A stretch of 64,000 nt of DNA, from positions 191,766,001-191,830,000 of the forward strand of contig OX597814.1 of NCBI GenBank assembly GCA_951406725.2. The letters are read 5' to 3'. Shown here one piece after another: positions 12,366-26,632 of the stretch. Both the position numbers and the translations under genes were made by a program. The stretch is from Octopus vulgaris (taxonomy: Eukaryota). The notes under the pieces were generated by a model, which saw only the letters and a list, made by a program, of their open reading frames with translations, was not told the origin of the DNA and ran no database searches. Every line of letters starts with the position of its first letter. The first letter of the stretch is position 1.

Positions 12366-12775
12366 GGAGTGGCTGTGTGGTAAGTAGATGCTAACCAACC
12401 ACATGGTTCTGGGTTCAGTCCCACTGCGTGGCATCTTGGGCAAGTGTCTTCTGCTATAGCCCCGGGCCAACCAATGCCTTGTGAGTGGATTTGGTAGACA
12501 GAAACTGAAAGAAGCTTGTCGTATATATGTATATATATTTATATATATATATATATATGTGTGTGTTTGTGTTTGTCCCCCTAGCATTGCTTGAAAACCG
12601 ATGCTGGTGTGTTTACGTCCCCGTCACTTAGCGGTTCGGCAAAAGAGACCGATAGAATAAGTACTGGGCTTACCAAGAATAAGTCCCAGGGTCGATTTGC
12701 TCGACTAAAGGTGGTGCTCCAGCATGGCCACAGTCAAATGACTGAAACAAGCAAAAAGAAAAAGAAAATAAAGAA
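12366..12775 (+). mobile_element. SINE A, near full length
   Basis: GGAGTGGCTGTGTGGTAAG head to CAAATGACTGAAACAAG tail. Confidence 0.9.
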
Positions 12776-13439
12776 ATGTTTGTTTTTTTTTCTCAACAGA
12801 AATATCGTAACAAAAGGGGTTAATGTTAAAAACCTATCAATATTCATAGGAATTTTTATGCATTCTACTAAATACTATATTCTTCATTGAAATCTTGTTC
12901 TTTGCAGCCTTTATTACATTTATTCAATGAGATTGATAAGCACCTCTTTAATAATAACCAAACATTTCTGACATTTAATGATATGGGTTCTTTTTTTGTA
13001 TTTTTCTCAGATAAGTTTATATCAATGTGGCCACATTAGATTGTTGCAGAATGAATGAATTTTTTTTTCTCTCTGACATAGACATCTGGTAATTTAAGAC
13101 AATCTCTATAAAAGCTGGAATTTATATTACATTTCAGTTGCACATGAACTGGGATTAGCTTGTACAATAATGATAGGATTAATTTCTGAAAGGTTACTTT
13201 CTGCTGCAGCTATTCAGAAGGATACAGGCAACAGTATTTTATAAAAAACACTTGCAGTAAGATTGGCAAGAATCTTTGTCCTTTTTTTTTTGCTATTTGG
13301 AATAAATCATTGGTACAGATAGTCATGAAATCCACTAAACAACCACAATGTAGTTTCAGGTTCAATCCCACTGCACTACACCAGTGTCAATCCTCATTTA
13401 ATGTCCATGTTCCATGCTGGCAGGGGGCGGGTTGTTTTT

Positions 13440-14000
13440 CATGTGTGCATATCTTTGCCACTGCTTACATTCTGCACTGAGCAGATATGGTTGCAGATCA
13501 AGTGCAGTTCACATTAAAGATTTCCTTGGTTTATACCTAAAGATCTAAGCTGTCTTTTGATTTGTAAATTGCACAAATAAATTCAGTTTACTGGATATAC
13601 AAGACAATTGTAAAAGTCTGTTTTATATAAACATGTTTACAACGTCTCTCTGGACAGGAAAAGAAGGACCAACTGAACAACACCATCTCTTGTTCATTAA
13701 CCATTCATCAGCTTTTGATTCACTGGCCACAGTAAGTAATAATAAACATGATAGACCTTTATAATTGTCCCATATATCGAGTAAATTTAATCTATGAATG
13801 CAGTTATGGTTGAATTCTTTGGGTATACTGATAAATAATCTTTAATATGAGAAATGAACACTGCTGTCACATCAATAATTCATGTAGTTTATGGAATATG
13901 CGAGTATTTTGTGAACTTGTAGCTATAAATCCTGCTGCCATTGAAGAGATGTCTACTTGTCCAGCCCTTTAACTGGATAGTTTGCCCTTAATCTGTTTAT
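13440..14000 (-). pseudogene. Heavily decayed Penelope-like reverse transcriptase relic
   Basis: Minus strand shows, in the correct order and with frameshifts, DVTAVF (cf. fDVtsLFT), EQ.DGV..GPSFPV..NMFI (cf. Q.dG.aMGSP..P.lAnifM) and QWQRYA (cf. W.RYVDD). Confidence 0.4.
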
Positions 14001-14954
14001 GATGGTGAAAGAGAAATATTTTGGGTACCTTATTAGCAAATTAGTATTAGAATTGTTTATTAGAATTGGATCTGGTTAGATGCTTGGTTATCATACAACA
14101 TGATTAATGTGATAAGTTGTAAGACCAATCTAATAAATTGAGGTAATAAATCTTATGGCATTATTTCTATTGTAGTTAAGTAATTAACAGAATTGGAGTA
14201 TGCTGTTAATTACTCTCAGAAGTTCACAGAGAATATTATCATGAATTTGGTAAAGAGTATTATTAGTAATAACTCTAGTGTTATCAATAATGAATTTGGG
14301 CAAAAAACAAAATGTATTATCAATGAGAAATTTTCTTTAAAAAATCTCACTGAAAATGTTATAGAAATATAGGATTGTTGGTTGTAAAGGTTTGAAACAA
14401 AAGTTTACTGACAGTGAAATGTTTCTAATTAATTTCTATGAGATCTTAAAATGTTAAGGAAATCTGTAAGGAAATGAAAACTGATTTGATGATATTTAGC
14501 TGAATTATTTGTTGTATCTTTACATTACAAGTAGTTTTATAGCATTATAAAACTAATAATGCACAAACATTGATCTACAGGAGTATCATAGTTGGGGAGC
14601 AGAACTCCTTGTATTTACCTTTTAAAAGAAGTTTAAGACATTTTGGCAATACTTGTGGGGGATTGTTTTCAGCTTGTTTTTATATATCTGGCAAGCAAGA
14701 TTTTCAGGATGGCACTGGATTGACTAAATGTAACTGATACACACCTGCAGACATGTGAGACATACTCCATCATAAGTGACATATTGTCAAATATGAAGTA
14801 AGTTTGAATTCCATTTTGTTTTCCAGGCCTTTTTGGACTCAGGAGTTTATATGAACAGTTACTAAAAAATAATAGGAATTGTATGAGAAGAATGTATGAA
14901 TTGAACTGCTTGTCTGAATGGAGGTGGCTAATGCCTACATTTTCTTCCTATATC

Positions 14955-15250
14955 TGATTGGCTTCGTGGCTGATGCCAGTGCCGCCTTGACTGGCTTTCG
15001 TGCCGGTGGCATGTAAAAAGCACCAACTGATCGTGGCCTTTGCCAGCCTCGCCTGGCACCTGTGCCAGTGGCACATAAAAAGCACCCACTACACTCACGG
15101 AGTGGTTGACTTTTGGAAGGGCATCCAGCTGTAGAAACACTGCCAGATCAGACTGGGCCTGGTGCAGCCTCCTGGCTTCCCAGACCCCGGTTGAACCGTC
15201 CAACCTATGCTAGCATGGAAAGTGGACGTTAAACGATGATGATGATGATC
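14955..15250 (+). mobile_element. SINE family B ((GAT)n tail, GTGCCGGTGGCAC hairpin modules)
   Basis: AAAAGCACCCACTACACTC..GGAAGGGCATCCAGCTGTAGAAAC..CCAACC.ATGCTAGCATGGAAAG.GGACGTTAAACGATGATG; other copies 45-190, 1395-1545, 7055-7205, 29750-29955, 53030-53480, 60518-60735. Confidence 0.85.
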
Positions 15251-16795
15251 TTTGCGAAATGTTATGAAGAGTTTCTGAGCAATTATACTTAGCATGAGAT
15301 GTCATTTACACTCATATACACCAGTGAAATTGTTGGTAATTGTTGTTCTTTGAAGATATACAAACTGTGATATCCTCTGTATAATGAAGTTCAGTTACTG
15401 ATGTAGTTGTTGGTTTTGTTCTGGCATGGTTTCTGCCAAGGTTTGAATAGCTTGCTATTTGTATAAGATTTGGAAATCAAGGAGGAGTTTGCTTGTAGTG
15501 AGCTTGAGCATAGTTAAAAGGAAGTCGAAAAGAATATGGGAGAAATTTAAACTTAAAAATGATTTGTGAAATACTGGCAGCACACCTCAACCTTTATGTT
15601 GTCATACAGAAGTCATGTGAATTTTTGTGGACAACCAACTTTGGTTAGTTCTTTCTCAGAGCTTCAGGATTTATAGAATCAAATGCATGGTTAGCTTAAA
15701 GAAAGTCATGTACTGCTGTGTGTGTTGCAAGCAAAGTTCATATCCATAGTATCTATGGCAGATCAAAAACTGAACTGAGATCCAGGTAGGTACATTTCTG
15801 AATAAGGGTTAATTCAGTTGGACAAGATTCTAGCTAGAATTTTTCCAATAGTTGGCAAGAATAAGATTTCTCAGGAGAAGCCACAATTTGACTCATCTCC
15901 ATTTTGAAGATAATTCTTTCTACTATAGGCAGAAGACCCAACATTTTTGTGAGAGGAGCTAGTCGGTTACTTGATTCTAAGGCTCAACTGGTACATATTC
16001 AATTGATCTTGAAAGGATGGAAGGCAAAGTTAACTTTAAGGGAATTTGAACTGAGAATGTCAAGGGACAGATAAAATACCACTAAGCATTTTGTCTGGTA
16101 TACCAACAGTTGTCAGCTTGTCACCTTTGAAGATGGTAATAATGATTGCATCTCTGAAGTTAATTGGTATTTCATCTGGCCTCCAAATTAGTAGTGTATG
16201 AAGCTTTGTTGTTAGTGCTTTAGTCTTAAATTTATATATGTTAGCTCGAATTCCACGAGACCCGAGTGCCTTGTTTTTAGGGAATAAATTGCTTTGTTTA
16301 ATTTCTGCATTGACAGTTGATCTTAATGCAGTGTTATCCAGAGGTCATTTGTCACCTGCACAGTCAGGATTAAACAAGTCCTTGAAATGTTATTTCCATT
16401 AGTTATTAAGAGCTGCTTGTTCTTTTACAAGTTTTTTACTATTCTTTGGTCTAAGAGTTGCTGGACCATGGAATGCTTTAGTTAGGCTTAAGAAACTCAT
16501 GTCATGCATGTTGGCCACTTTCTGGATTTTGAGTATTTTGATCTGCTATAAATTATTTTTCATTTTGTGTGTTTCTGGACTGCAGCCTTTGTTTTGTACA
16601 CATTATTCTTATTTTGATAAGCAAGTGAAGCTTTTTTCTTGACTAGCTGCTTGAATTGGGTAGTGTTCTCAGTGTTTTGCCATAAATCCTCAAGAACTCC
16701 TAACAAACAGCAGAGATGTTTGTTTTTAGAGTACATCTTGCATCTTCAACAGTCACAATGTTTTAGGCTGATGGTTGACAATTTATCTTCTGGAC

Positions 16796-17004
16796 CAGTG
16801 GTTCTTAACCAGGATCCATATAGAATTTCCCTTCTGCCTTCATTTATTTTTCTACAATGCCCAAAATATTTTAACATTTTTATAATTAAATTTTTAAAAA
16901 TGGAAAAAAAAAAAAAACTAATTGGATTTTTTTAACATGGGGTTCCAGTAGAGTAAAATAGGAATCAAAGGGGTCCATAGGCAAAAAATGGTTGAGAAGC
17001 ACTG
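16796..17004. mobile_element. hAT-type MITE, copy 2
   Basis: TIRs CAGTGGTTCTTAACC / GGTTGAGAAGCACTG; degenerate TSD ttctggac/atttagac. Confidence 0.75.
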
Positions 17005-20000
17005 ATTTAGACATTATTGAAATTGCTTTGCCTTTTTTCTTTTACTGTGGTGGTGGTGGTGATGTCAGCTGCAAGAATTATGCCATAGTTGCTGACATGG
17101 TTTTGTAATGTTTTGTATTGCCATGTGAGATCTCTGAGGCAGTGACCCAAACAGCAATTGTCAGCTTTTGTCATAATGCATTCTAGGTGCATCTCCTCGT
17201 GACTAAGATTCTGTATAATCACATGCCAACTCTTTGGTCATGGGATGCTGTCTGCTTGTCACTAATATCGTTTTAGTGATTACTAAGTTCCTTGCAATTA
17301 GCTAGGATTGTCGTTTGAATTAACCATTCCAAAAGTTTAAGCCTTTGCCAACTCTGGCATTAAGGCTGCCTGTCAAGATGCTTTTGTCTTGTTTTAGTAT
17401 TCCGGATAGGACACAGTTGAAGTTAATGTAAAATTCCTCTTCAAATTCTGTAATTGCTTTAAGTGTAAGCTCCCACTCACAACTGACTTTTGCATAGTGG
17501 TTAGCGCCAGCAAGTTTGAAGGGGAATGTCATCAATCTTTCATTGATGCCAATAGGTAGTTCATATAGCTTACAGATAGAATCATGAAAAATGGTTGTAG
17601 GTTTTAGTCTTACTCCATGTAAGCACTGGTTGTTTTGTTTACGCTTCTGAAAGAAGGTATAGCCACTGTCCTGTTTCTTCAGCTGTCTTCAACTAGTTTT
17701 ACCTTAAGAGCAGCAATATTGAAATTGAAGCACACCAGTTCCATAGAAACAAGTGCAGTCTATCATTCCAACCAAAGGCTGTTTGGCTTAACAATAAGAA
17801 TCAGAATGTTTCAAGACTCAAATTTTATTAGGCATTTTCTTTTGTCTATGAAAGCAGAGATCCATTTAGGAAAGCTAAGATAGGCTATATTTGAGGTTTT
17901 TTTCTTGCTGCTTACAAATCCATGGTGAACAAGGATTGCTCAGCTGTAGCTGCTGTGAAACATATCTGGACATAAATACCTGATACCATCTCATTTGACT
18001 ACCTCTTCTGTATCATTCCATTACTAGGAGCTCCCAGATTCCACAATCTTGCTTCTAATGCCTCTAGAAGATTGCACAAGGACTTTTAGGAACAGAGTAA
18101 AAATGAGAGATGCTTGTCTATGGTTTTGTTAGGCATGTAGAAGCTATTGTACATCAGTTTCTACACTCTTTTCACTGTGAGACACCTCAGTCCAACAGCA
18201 AAGATTGGAAATAATTAAACTGTTACAATCATTATCTGCTTTCACAGCTGTTGAATGTATGTAACCCCTCTTTCACTTGTTCTCCTGGATTTAGGAATTA
18301 ACTGCACCCTTAATACAGAAGGCAAAAGAGGTTGTTAGCATTTACTTCAGGTACCACCTTGAGTGGAGAAAAAAAGGTGACTTAATGTCCCCTTCACTGG
18401 TTGATTTGAAGGAATGGACTGCTTGAAGCTCTATAATACTGTTGATTTCAAAGGAGTAAGTTTCACCATTTTAATTTGGTTTTGTAAAATCTGTTATAGC
18501 AGTTTAGTCAGTGACGAGCGTCTTCATCTTGATTAAATTAAAGAGAAAGTTGTTATATTTTACCATGTTAGTCAAATGAAAGCTGTTTAAACTTTCTTTT
18601 ACAGTTGAAAAATCAAAGGCCTTTTTCTTTTTCTCAAAAGAAAAAAAAAAATTATATTTTGTTTTAATACTTCAATTATTTTTGTTCGTGTATTTTCTCC
18701 TATTTCTGCGATGGTTTATTAGATGAGAAATCATGCAAGAAATAGAGATAATTCGATGTTAACGTATTCAGGCATGAAGATAGGATTACTACTTGCATGT
18801 GATGATGGGCTATCTGGAAATCTAATAAATATTATTCAGAGAAGACCTCTTGAAAGTAGTAATAGCAGAAGATACTCTAAGTATAGATTAGACTGTTGTA
18901 TTTTATTGCCTTCATATTTTTTTGCCTTCACTTTTAGATTTTTCCTGCCAATCATTACAATTTTAGATGAAAACTTTGAAGGATCTAAATAATTTAAAAT
19001 ATAATAATAATAATAATAGTAATAAACAATGATTTTGTTGCTTTTCCAGTATCAATATTCCAATACACTTGGTGTTTAATGTGTTGGCATTCTTTGAAGT
19101 AACACCTGTACAACAGTCTCTTTTAATGTGTGCATTCCTTAAAGTTTGAGGGGAAAGTTGCTGACATTTTAAAAAATAATTTATTGGAAATTTTCTTTTT
19201 TTTATTAATTTAACTGATAATTGTGGAATCTTCAATATTCATTTATAGAAAGAACTGTGATAGAAAAGTCAGTGTATTTCGAATTTTATATTCTTAAATT
19301 AATTTGAATTTAATTTTTGTAGAATTTTATATATTGACTTTTGGAGTTGCTTGGCATGAGTAGTTCTTTGAAAAATTCACATATAGAATATTAGATAAAA
19401 TATATTCCTTCATTAGGAATATATTGTCTGGAAGATACATTTGGCAACTTCCATCATGATTAAATATTGAATAGGTTCGGAAGAATTAGAGAGGGCAAAC
19501 AGATGAGGTCAAATGGAAGAGTTTTAATTTATTTATTTTAACATATTCTAATTCAATAAATTGACTTTGAGCCAGTTATTATAGTATATTTTTTATTAAT
19601 GAAGTGTAATGACTTCCTGCAGAAACCCAGATACACAAGCAAGAGGTCATTGACAGCTATGTTACGTGGTAAAATCATGTTGCAAAGGTTAGGCTGAACT
19701 GTATGAGAAAATACAATTTAGAGAATTGTTTTTCATGAGGTCTGAAGTAAAGGCTTGCCAGTTAAACTATTTTTGTTTTGATGTGTATTTGATTCTTCTT
19801 TTATCATAATTTTTTGGGGTTTTTTAAAATATTTTTGGGGTTTGTGGAATCATGCTTATTGTATAATGAGTCTTCAAACTTCATAATGCATTGGTGAAAT
19901 TAGCTTTTGATTTGTTTGTGTGTGTGTGTGCATGCATGTTACTGTGTATGTGCATGTTTGTGTGTACGTTAGAATGTGTGTGTGTTGGTCTGTGTTCATG

Positions 20001-20079
20001 TAGATGTGTGTATGTGTGCATCATTGTCAGTCTGTTCATGTGTGAGTCTCTCTGTGTTGTCTACATATTTGTATATCAT

Positions 20080-20352
20080 TGCCAGTATCGCTGGACTGGC
20101 TCCTGTGCAGGTGGCACATAAAAAGCACCATTTGAGCGTGGCCGTTGCCAGTACCACCTAACTGGCCCTCATGCCAGTGGCGCGTAAAAGCACCCACTAC
20201 ACTCTCGGAGTGGTTGGCATTAGGAAAGGCATCCAGCTTTAGAAACTCTGCCAGATCAGATAGGAGTCTGGTGCAGCCATGTGGTTCGCCAGACCTCAGT
20301 CAAATCGTCCAACCCATGCTAGCATGGAAAGTGGATGTTAGACGATGATGAT
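20080..20352 (+). mobile_element. SINE B
   Basis: Family B modules and GATGAT tail. Confidence 0.85.
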
Positions 20353-20511
20353 GTTGATATGTCTAGATGTGTATGCATACAAGTGTCTACATATTAATGT
20401 TTGCATGTTGTTGGTGTGTGAGAGAGTCAGAGATAGAAGAAGCAAACCTTAAGAAAGCTTCACCCTTTTGGAGTGATTTTTATTAAATTCTTCATTATTT
20501 TAAAAATTAGA

Positions 20512-20964
20512 AGGCATGGCTGTATGATTAAGAAGTTTGCTTCCCAACCACATGGTTCCAAGTTCAGTCCCACTGTGTGGAACCTTGGGTAAGTGTCTTC
20601 TACATCCTCAGGCTGACCAGTCTTATTAGTGGGTTTGGTAGATAGAAATGGAATTGTTCAAGAGCAATTTAATTACATTGGAACAAATCAACCTCAGGAC
20701 TTATTCTTTGTAAGCCTTGTACTTATTCTATCAGCCTCTTTTGCCGAACCACTAAGTTACGGGGATGTAAATACACCAACGTTGGTTGTCAGGTGATGGT
20801 GGGAGAACATATATACTGGCTTCTTTCAGTTCCCATCTACTAAATCTACTCACAAGGCTTTGGTTGGCCTGAAACACTTGCCTAAGGTGCCATGCAGTGA
20901 GACTGAACCCAGGACCATGTGGTTGGTAAGCAAACTCCTTACCACACAGCCACTCCTGCACCTA
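20512..20964. mobile_element. Two SINE A copies in opposite orientation (20512-20652 +, 20680-20964 -)
   Basis: Family A head on each end facing inward. Confidence 0.8.
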
Positions 20965-21067
20965 TGATTTGACTAAATTATTTTGCTATTTTAAGGATTA
21001 ATTTTGTCACTGTAAAAAGAGGGCTTAAGGTGTGGGCCTATTGACAGGCTGGTGAAAGTGTTATTTA

Positions 21068-21355
21068 GCCAGTGCAGCCTGACTGGCTCCTGTGCCGGTG
21101 GCATGTAAAAAGCATCATTCGAGTGAGGTCAATGCCAGTACCACCTGACTGGCCTCCATGCCAGCTGTGCTGGTGTCACGTAAAAAGCACCCACTACACT
21201 CTTGGAGTGGTTGGCATTAGGAAGGTCATCCAGCTGTTGAAACCTTGCGAGATCAGATTGGAGTCTGGTGCAGCCTCCTGGCTTGCCAGTCCTCAGTCAA
21301 GCCGTCCAACCCATACCAGCAAGGAAAGCAGACATTAAACGATGGTGATGGTGAT
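21068..21355 (+). mobile_element. SINE B
   Basis: Family B modules and tail. Confidence 0.85.
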
Positions 21356-23019
21356 TTAATATCTTAGAGTATGCAGATTAGTAGCTCCAGTTCTCTGTAG
21401 CTATTAGATTTGAGGTATTTAGCAAACGGATTGGCTATTTGTTTCTTCAGTATTGGTCAAGTGATGTAGATACTTCTGATGGTAAACCCAATAAGGGTTG
21501 GGTTGAAAATTGATTAGAGCTGCTCATAGATTTTTTTTCTGCTTCCTGGGGAAATAGGCCAATTTGATATGGTTGTATATTTACTACATAAATTTACTAA
21601 CAAATGTTGCATAGATTTACATATTCATGTTGGCATTTCAGTCACTTGCCATCATCTGAGGGAAATGGTAATACAAGGCTTAACATTCCTTTTTGACATT
21701 TTGACTGGCTGCTCTTTACTCTTGAAGGCCAATTGAATAAAAAACAATCCCTTAATTGAAGTCCCCATCCATGCTAGGCTAGTCTGGAAAAATAGATGTT
21801 AAACAAATGTGTGTACATAAACAATTCTCTTAACCTTTTAGCATCCAGATGACTTTGTGAAATGTGATGCTTTTGTATCCATGGTTTTGAATTAATCATG
21901 CATTGTTTCAAGATTTTGTGATTGTATACTTTTAGAATGACATTGCAGGATAGGTATGAGAGGCTGGATTTGGTTGGTTTAAATATAAGACTGACAGAAT
22001 ATTTGGGCTGGATATGGCTGGTTTAAATGTTAGTTAAAGTGTGTTTTATTCCAGATGTTTCTTCTTTTGTCAATATTACCTGAGTGTTGACACCTGCTTT
22101 GACTGACGATCATGAAAATGATACATGTTTTATTCTCCTTCTATAAACCACTTGAGGAATGTAATTGGCCATTGGAGTAAGGACATGTAACTGAGACTGC
22201 TGTATTATATAACTTGCATCAGTTTCAACTGATCCATTCAATGAACAGATGGCAAAGACACTTTAATTTCAGACACTAAATACAGACTAGACTGTAAAGG
22301 GTTCAACTTGATAACAAGTGCCCCAATATAGCTCACGTAGAGCATTGTCTGGATTATGTGAAAATAATCTCTCGGAGATTAGCTGTGCTGTCTTGATTGA
22401 TTGATTTAGATACACATTGATAGAAGGAAAGTGTTGAAACTGGATCTAAAATAGTCCTTCAGATGTCAAAAGTGTTGATATACTGGCTGTATGTATTGAT
22501 ATACACATTTACAGAAAGGCTGTTAATCTACAAATTGTCCTGTGCTGACAGTTGGTCCAACTTCAAATATTTATTTTGTTAAATTGCTGTTTTAGATAAG
22601 AGGCTTTTATTGTCATAGGCAATAAGACGTGTTCCAACAGCAATTCAATGGCTGCCTGCATGTGAATAATATGCATGTGCACACATGTATGCATATGTAT
22701 TCATTCATGCATGCACAAGCAAGCCGTGACTCAGTATATTGAGTTCAAAGCATGTCAGTAGTGGAGGAATAGTTCATGTTATAGGTTTATAAGTTGGGTA
22801 TCGGAAGTCATAAAAATTATACATGATATAATTATCAATGATTTACTTGAACTTCAGTAATGTAATTAAGTTCATAAAATCTCTTAATATTTGGAGTTTG
22901 AATATCATTTAAAGCTGGGTTTGTTTCTATCAGAGTCTACAATATTTGTCAACATTAACTTGATTACTCAATCTCACCATATTGGATGGTAGTTATTCTT
23001 ACTGATTGAGCCAGAATTG

Positions 23020-23600
23020 GTGTAGCTGTGGGGTAAGAAGTTTTCTTCCCAACCTCATGATTTCAAGCTCAGCCCTACTGCATGATACCTTGGGCAAATG
23101 TCTTCTATAGTCCTGGGCTGACCAAAGCCCTGTGAGTGGATTTGGTAGATGGAAACTGAAAGAAACCCATCATGTGTGTGTGATTGTGTGTTTTACTGTC
23201 TTTTTTCTTTGATTTTGCGTGATAGTTTTAAAATGAATTCCCTTCATTTCCAGTCTTCTGTGAAAACCTGTCTGGTCATCGGGAAATATTACCTTACTCA
23301 GAAACAGGTGAGGGCTGATTACAGGAAGGGTATCTGGCTTTAGAAAATCCATCTCAACAAATTTTGTCTGACTCATATAATCATTGAAAAGTGGATGTAA
23401 AAATGATGCTGGTGATAATAAAATGACATCCTATGTTTGGCACCTGGTGTTGGTTTGTTTGTGTCCCTGTAACTAGTGGTTTAGACTGACTTAAGTACCT
23501 GACTTAAAATTGGGGTTCATCTGATTGACTATAAACCTTTCAAGGCAATAACCCAACATGGCCACAGTCTGCAACAGAAACGAGTAAAGAATATCCTTTT
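23020..23600 (+). mobile_element. Old SINE A with a family-B-related insert (about 23240-23410)
   Basis: A head and A tail flank GGAAGGGTATCTGGCTTTAGAAAATCC..GAAAAGTGGATGTAAAAATGATG. Confidence 0.7.
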
Positions 23601-26231
23601 ATTCTTACCCTCTTTTGTCAGCAAACAGTTTTGTTTTCACTCATCATCATCACTATCTTACATCTGCTTTTCCATGCTAGAATGGGTTGAATTGGTTATC
23701 TGACGGCAAGGGTATCTCCATCTATAAAATCCTGCCTCACAGTGTACCATCTCTAAAACTAGCATTTAAAATTGTAAAGGGGAAAATTAAAACAGTATCA
23801 TTGAGGTATTTTTCAATTGCCTCAGCAATACCTTGCAGTATTTGTTCAAGCTTTCTGTGTTTAAATCCCACTGAGTTTGGCTTTGGTTTTTGGGGGCTTT
23901 GTAAATTATTTCGGAGTTGAGAAAGCATCAGAACAAAGCGGTGATGTGATGGAATTGTGGGAGTAACAAAAGAAATACTTTGCAGTGTCTGTATTAGTCT
24001 TTGCCTTCTGAGTTCAAATTTTGCCTATTATCACCAGTATACACTTGGCAGGAAATGTGGTCTTTGGGACCTGTTTATGTGTGATGTGACTCCAAACATC
24101 TAGTAGTGATGTGTTGTTTGGAGCAACATCTGGATCACATTAATATGCACAATTCTAACCTTGCATTACAAGCAGAATTAAATATCAGAACAGAAAACAT
24201 TATACGTTTATTATGCCATTTTGAAATATTTTTATCATTTCATGTCAGAGATGAAGAGTTACTAATATACACGTGCTGAGGCTTAAAATGATTTGTGAGG
24301 CAACTGGGAATTACATTGTTTAAATAATGTATATGTAATGTTTTGTGAGCAATCATTTTTTAGTGCTGCTATTTTTCAATATTTATCTGTTATTACTATT
24401 TCAGCTTTCAATCTGATTATATTTATTAAATGACAATGTACAAAACCAGACTACAGAAAGAAAATTAAAAAAGAAAAAAATATTGTTAATGTATTTATAT
24501 ATTTACCAGCAGTTTGGTAATTAGCTACATAAGGATTAACTACCTTCTAGTTTCACTAAATACATGAACAAGCCGATGAGGGAGCCTATACCTGCTAGAA
24601 ATAGCAGCCAAATTTTCCTCAGATTACACTCTGAACTAAGTAGTCTAGATATTGAGAAAAATATGTGATAATTATGGCTGGTGTGTCCTTGATAACAGAC
24701 CTATTCAATCGGAGCTGATCTGAGGCCAAGCAGCAACAATTAAACACATTCAATCACTAACTTTACCTTCAATACTTTTTAAGTAAGTTGACAGAATATG
24801 CATGTAATGTTGCTTTAAAAAATGGTTTCTCTAGCTGTCCTCTGTACAAGTTGTGTTAAACAGCAGAGCATATTTGTTTTCTTAGATGTCATCTGTAGTT
24901 TTAATAACCCTACTTCTATTGACTTTGAAGTAGCTGGGCAGTTTGCTAACTTTCAGATGCATACATTTTCATCTACACACATCAATATTTTTCTCACATG
25001 CGCTGCCTGCCGTCTCTCCTCAATAATATGTAATCAATAGTCTGACTTGGCCATGTTTATAGACGGTCTAAAGCTTTTATCTAGTCATTTTTTATTATGT
25101 TTTTATTACCATGAAATAGATATTAAAAAAAAAAAAGCATGATTTTTGCCTGTGCGTATGTGCATGTGTATAGACTATCATTTCTGTATCTTCTGTACAC
25201 ATTTAAACAGAGTATTGATGAGTTACATTAATTGCTAGCTTCATATTTCATTTGTTTCGCTTACATGGCTTCGTCTTTTTCTTCTTTCTCTCTTTTTTTT
25301 TTATTATTTGCATTACCCTACATGGATTGGGTATGATTTTTCTAACAAGCAACATGTCTTGGCCAGTGAACAAGACATTGAATTAATCAAATAGAATGCT
25401 TTTCAAAACTGGCAATTCTGAAACAAGAGAACACATACATGCATGTACATGCATGCACATGTATGCATGGATGGCCATGCTCCATAATCTTATGGACAAT
25501 TTTGAAAATTGATTAAAAAGAAACTTCAAATGTACAACAAACGCATCTTTGAACATGTTTGTATGATATTGTTTAATGTCCATATCATGCACACATACAG
25601 ACACGCATAAATGCACATGCATGCATGCACGCACATGTATACATGCACTCACACACACACACTAATGTTAAGTTTAATGTAGGTAGCATTTAAATATATA
25701 TTAACACTAACTTAAAACTTGTCAGCTATATCAATTGTAAGTAGAAAATAAACTGAAAGAAAATAGGGTTTGAATCAGCTGAGTACTATCAAAGTTTGTT
25801 AAAAACTACTACAATAGATGATAGAAATAGCTGAGTGCCGGATAACTAGTAGAAACTACCAATTCTCTGTTTTGTAGGTTGCTATAATCTCCTTACTTTC
25901 CAACATATCACTTGAAACTTCATCCAACCTACCAACAGGCAGGGGGTTCGTTCAACTGCAATACTCTCCTTTCTTCAGATTGTCTTGTGTCTCTGGGTCC
26001 ATTTAGCTCTAGATCTGAGGCCAGTAATCCTGTTATATGATACATTCTTCATTAGGGAAAGGATTCGTATTCACAACTAAACTCTTATGCTGTTTCTTGG
26101 CAAATATGAAGTCTATCTGTTTATATGTTCGCCTGATTGGTAGGTGATCAGATGGTTGGCTGGTTTCCTGAAGTTTGTGTTACAAACGGTTGGATCATTT
26201 GCATCACAAGAGAGGCTTGATTGGTACTTGA

Positions 26232-26535
26232 TTGATTACAATGATGAGGGTTCCATTGATCCGATCAATGGAACAATATGCTTGTGAAATTAACGTGCAA
26301 GTGGCTGAGCACTCCACTGGCATGTGTATTGTTTCTCAAGGAGACTCAGCGTGACACAGTGTTACAAGGCTGGCTCTTTGAAATGCAGGTACATATCCTT
26401 TTTGCCAGCTGAGAGGATTGGAGTAGCGTAAAATAAAGTGTCTTGCTCAAGGATACAATGTGCCTCTAGGAATTGAACTTATAACTTTGACTGTGAACCA
26501 AATATTCTAACCACTGAGTCACGTGCCTTCACTCC
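26232..26535 (-). mobile_element. tRNA/CORE-like SINE family F; plus-strand copy at 55256-55545
   Basis: Shared CCTTGAG.AAGACA.TTTA core, CAGCTGGCAAA, GTTAATTTCAC.AGCA..GGATCAA.TGGAACCCTC. Confidence 0.75.
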
Positions 26536-26632
26536 ATAAGAGGCTTAATCTTAGACTATCCTTATTACCTTAACCATAGACTCTATGTACATGGTAATAA
26601 CTATCCTAATATTATCCAACTTGCTCATTAAA

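Larger units (their letters stand above)
11952..12823. mobile_element. TTAA-flanked MITE hosting a second TTAA MITE and a SINE A
   Basis: TIRs TTAAACCCTTTTGATGCTA / TCGTAACAAAAGGGGTTAA. Confidence 0.65.
14700..18100 (-). mobile_element. Near full-length, heavily decayed RTE LINE (APE + RT), interrupted by SINE B, SINE C and a hAT MITE
   Basis: APE remnants NIAAL..L..ETG.GYTFF (about 17650-17740) and EEEFY..VLSGILKQDKSILTGSLNARVG (ORF 17320..17535); RT remnants TIGKILARIL..YLPGSQFSF (15770-15870) and LTKVGCPQKF (15620-15660). Confidence 0.75.

Noticed and set aside
18723-18992. 89-aa ORF after an AG acceptor with a few nearby CpGs
   Set aside because: No recognisable protein similarity and no strong donor.
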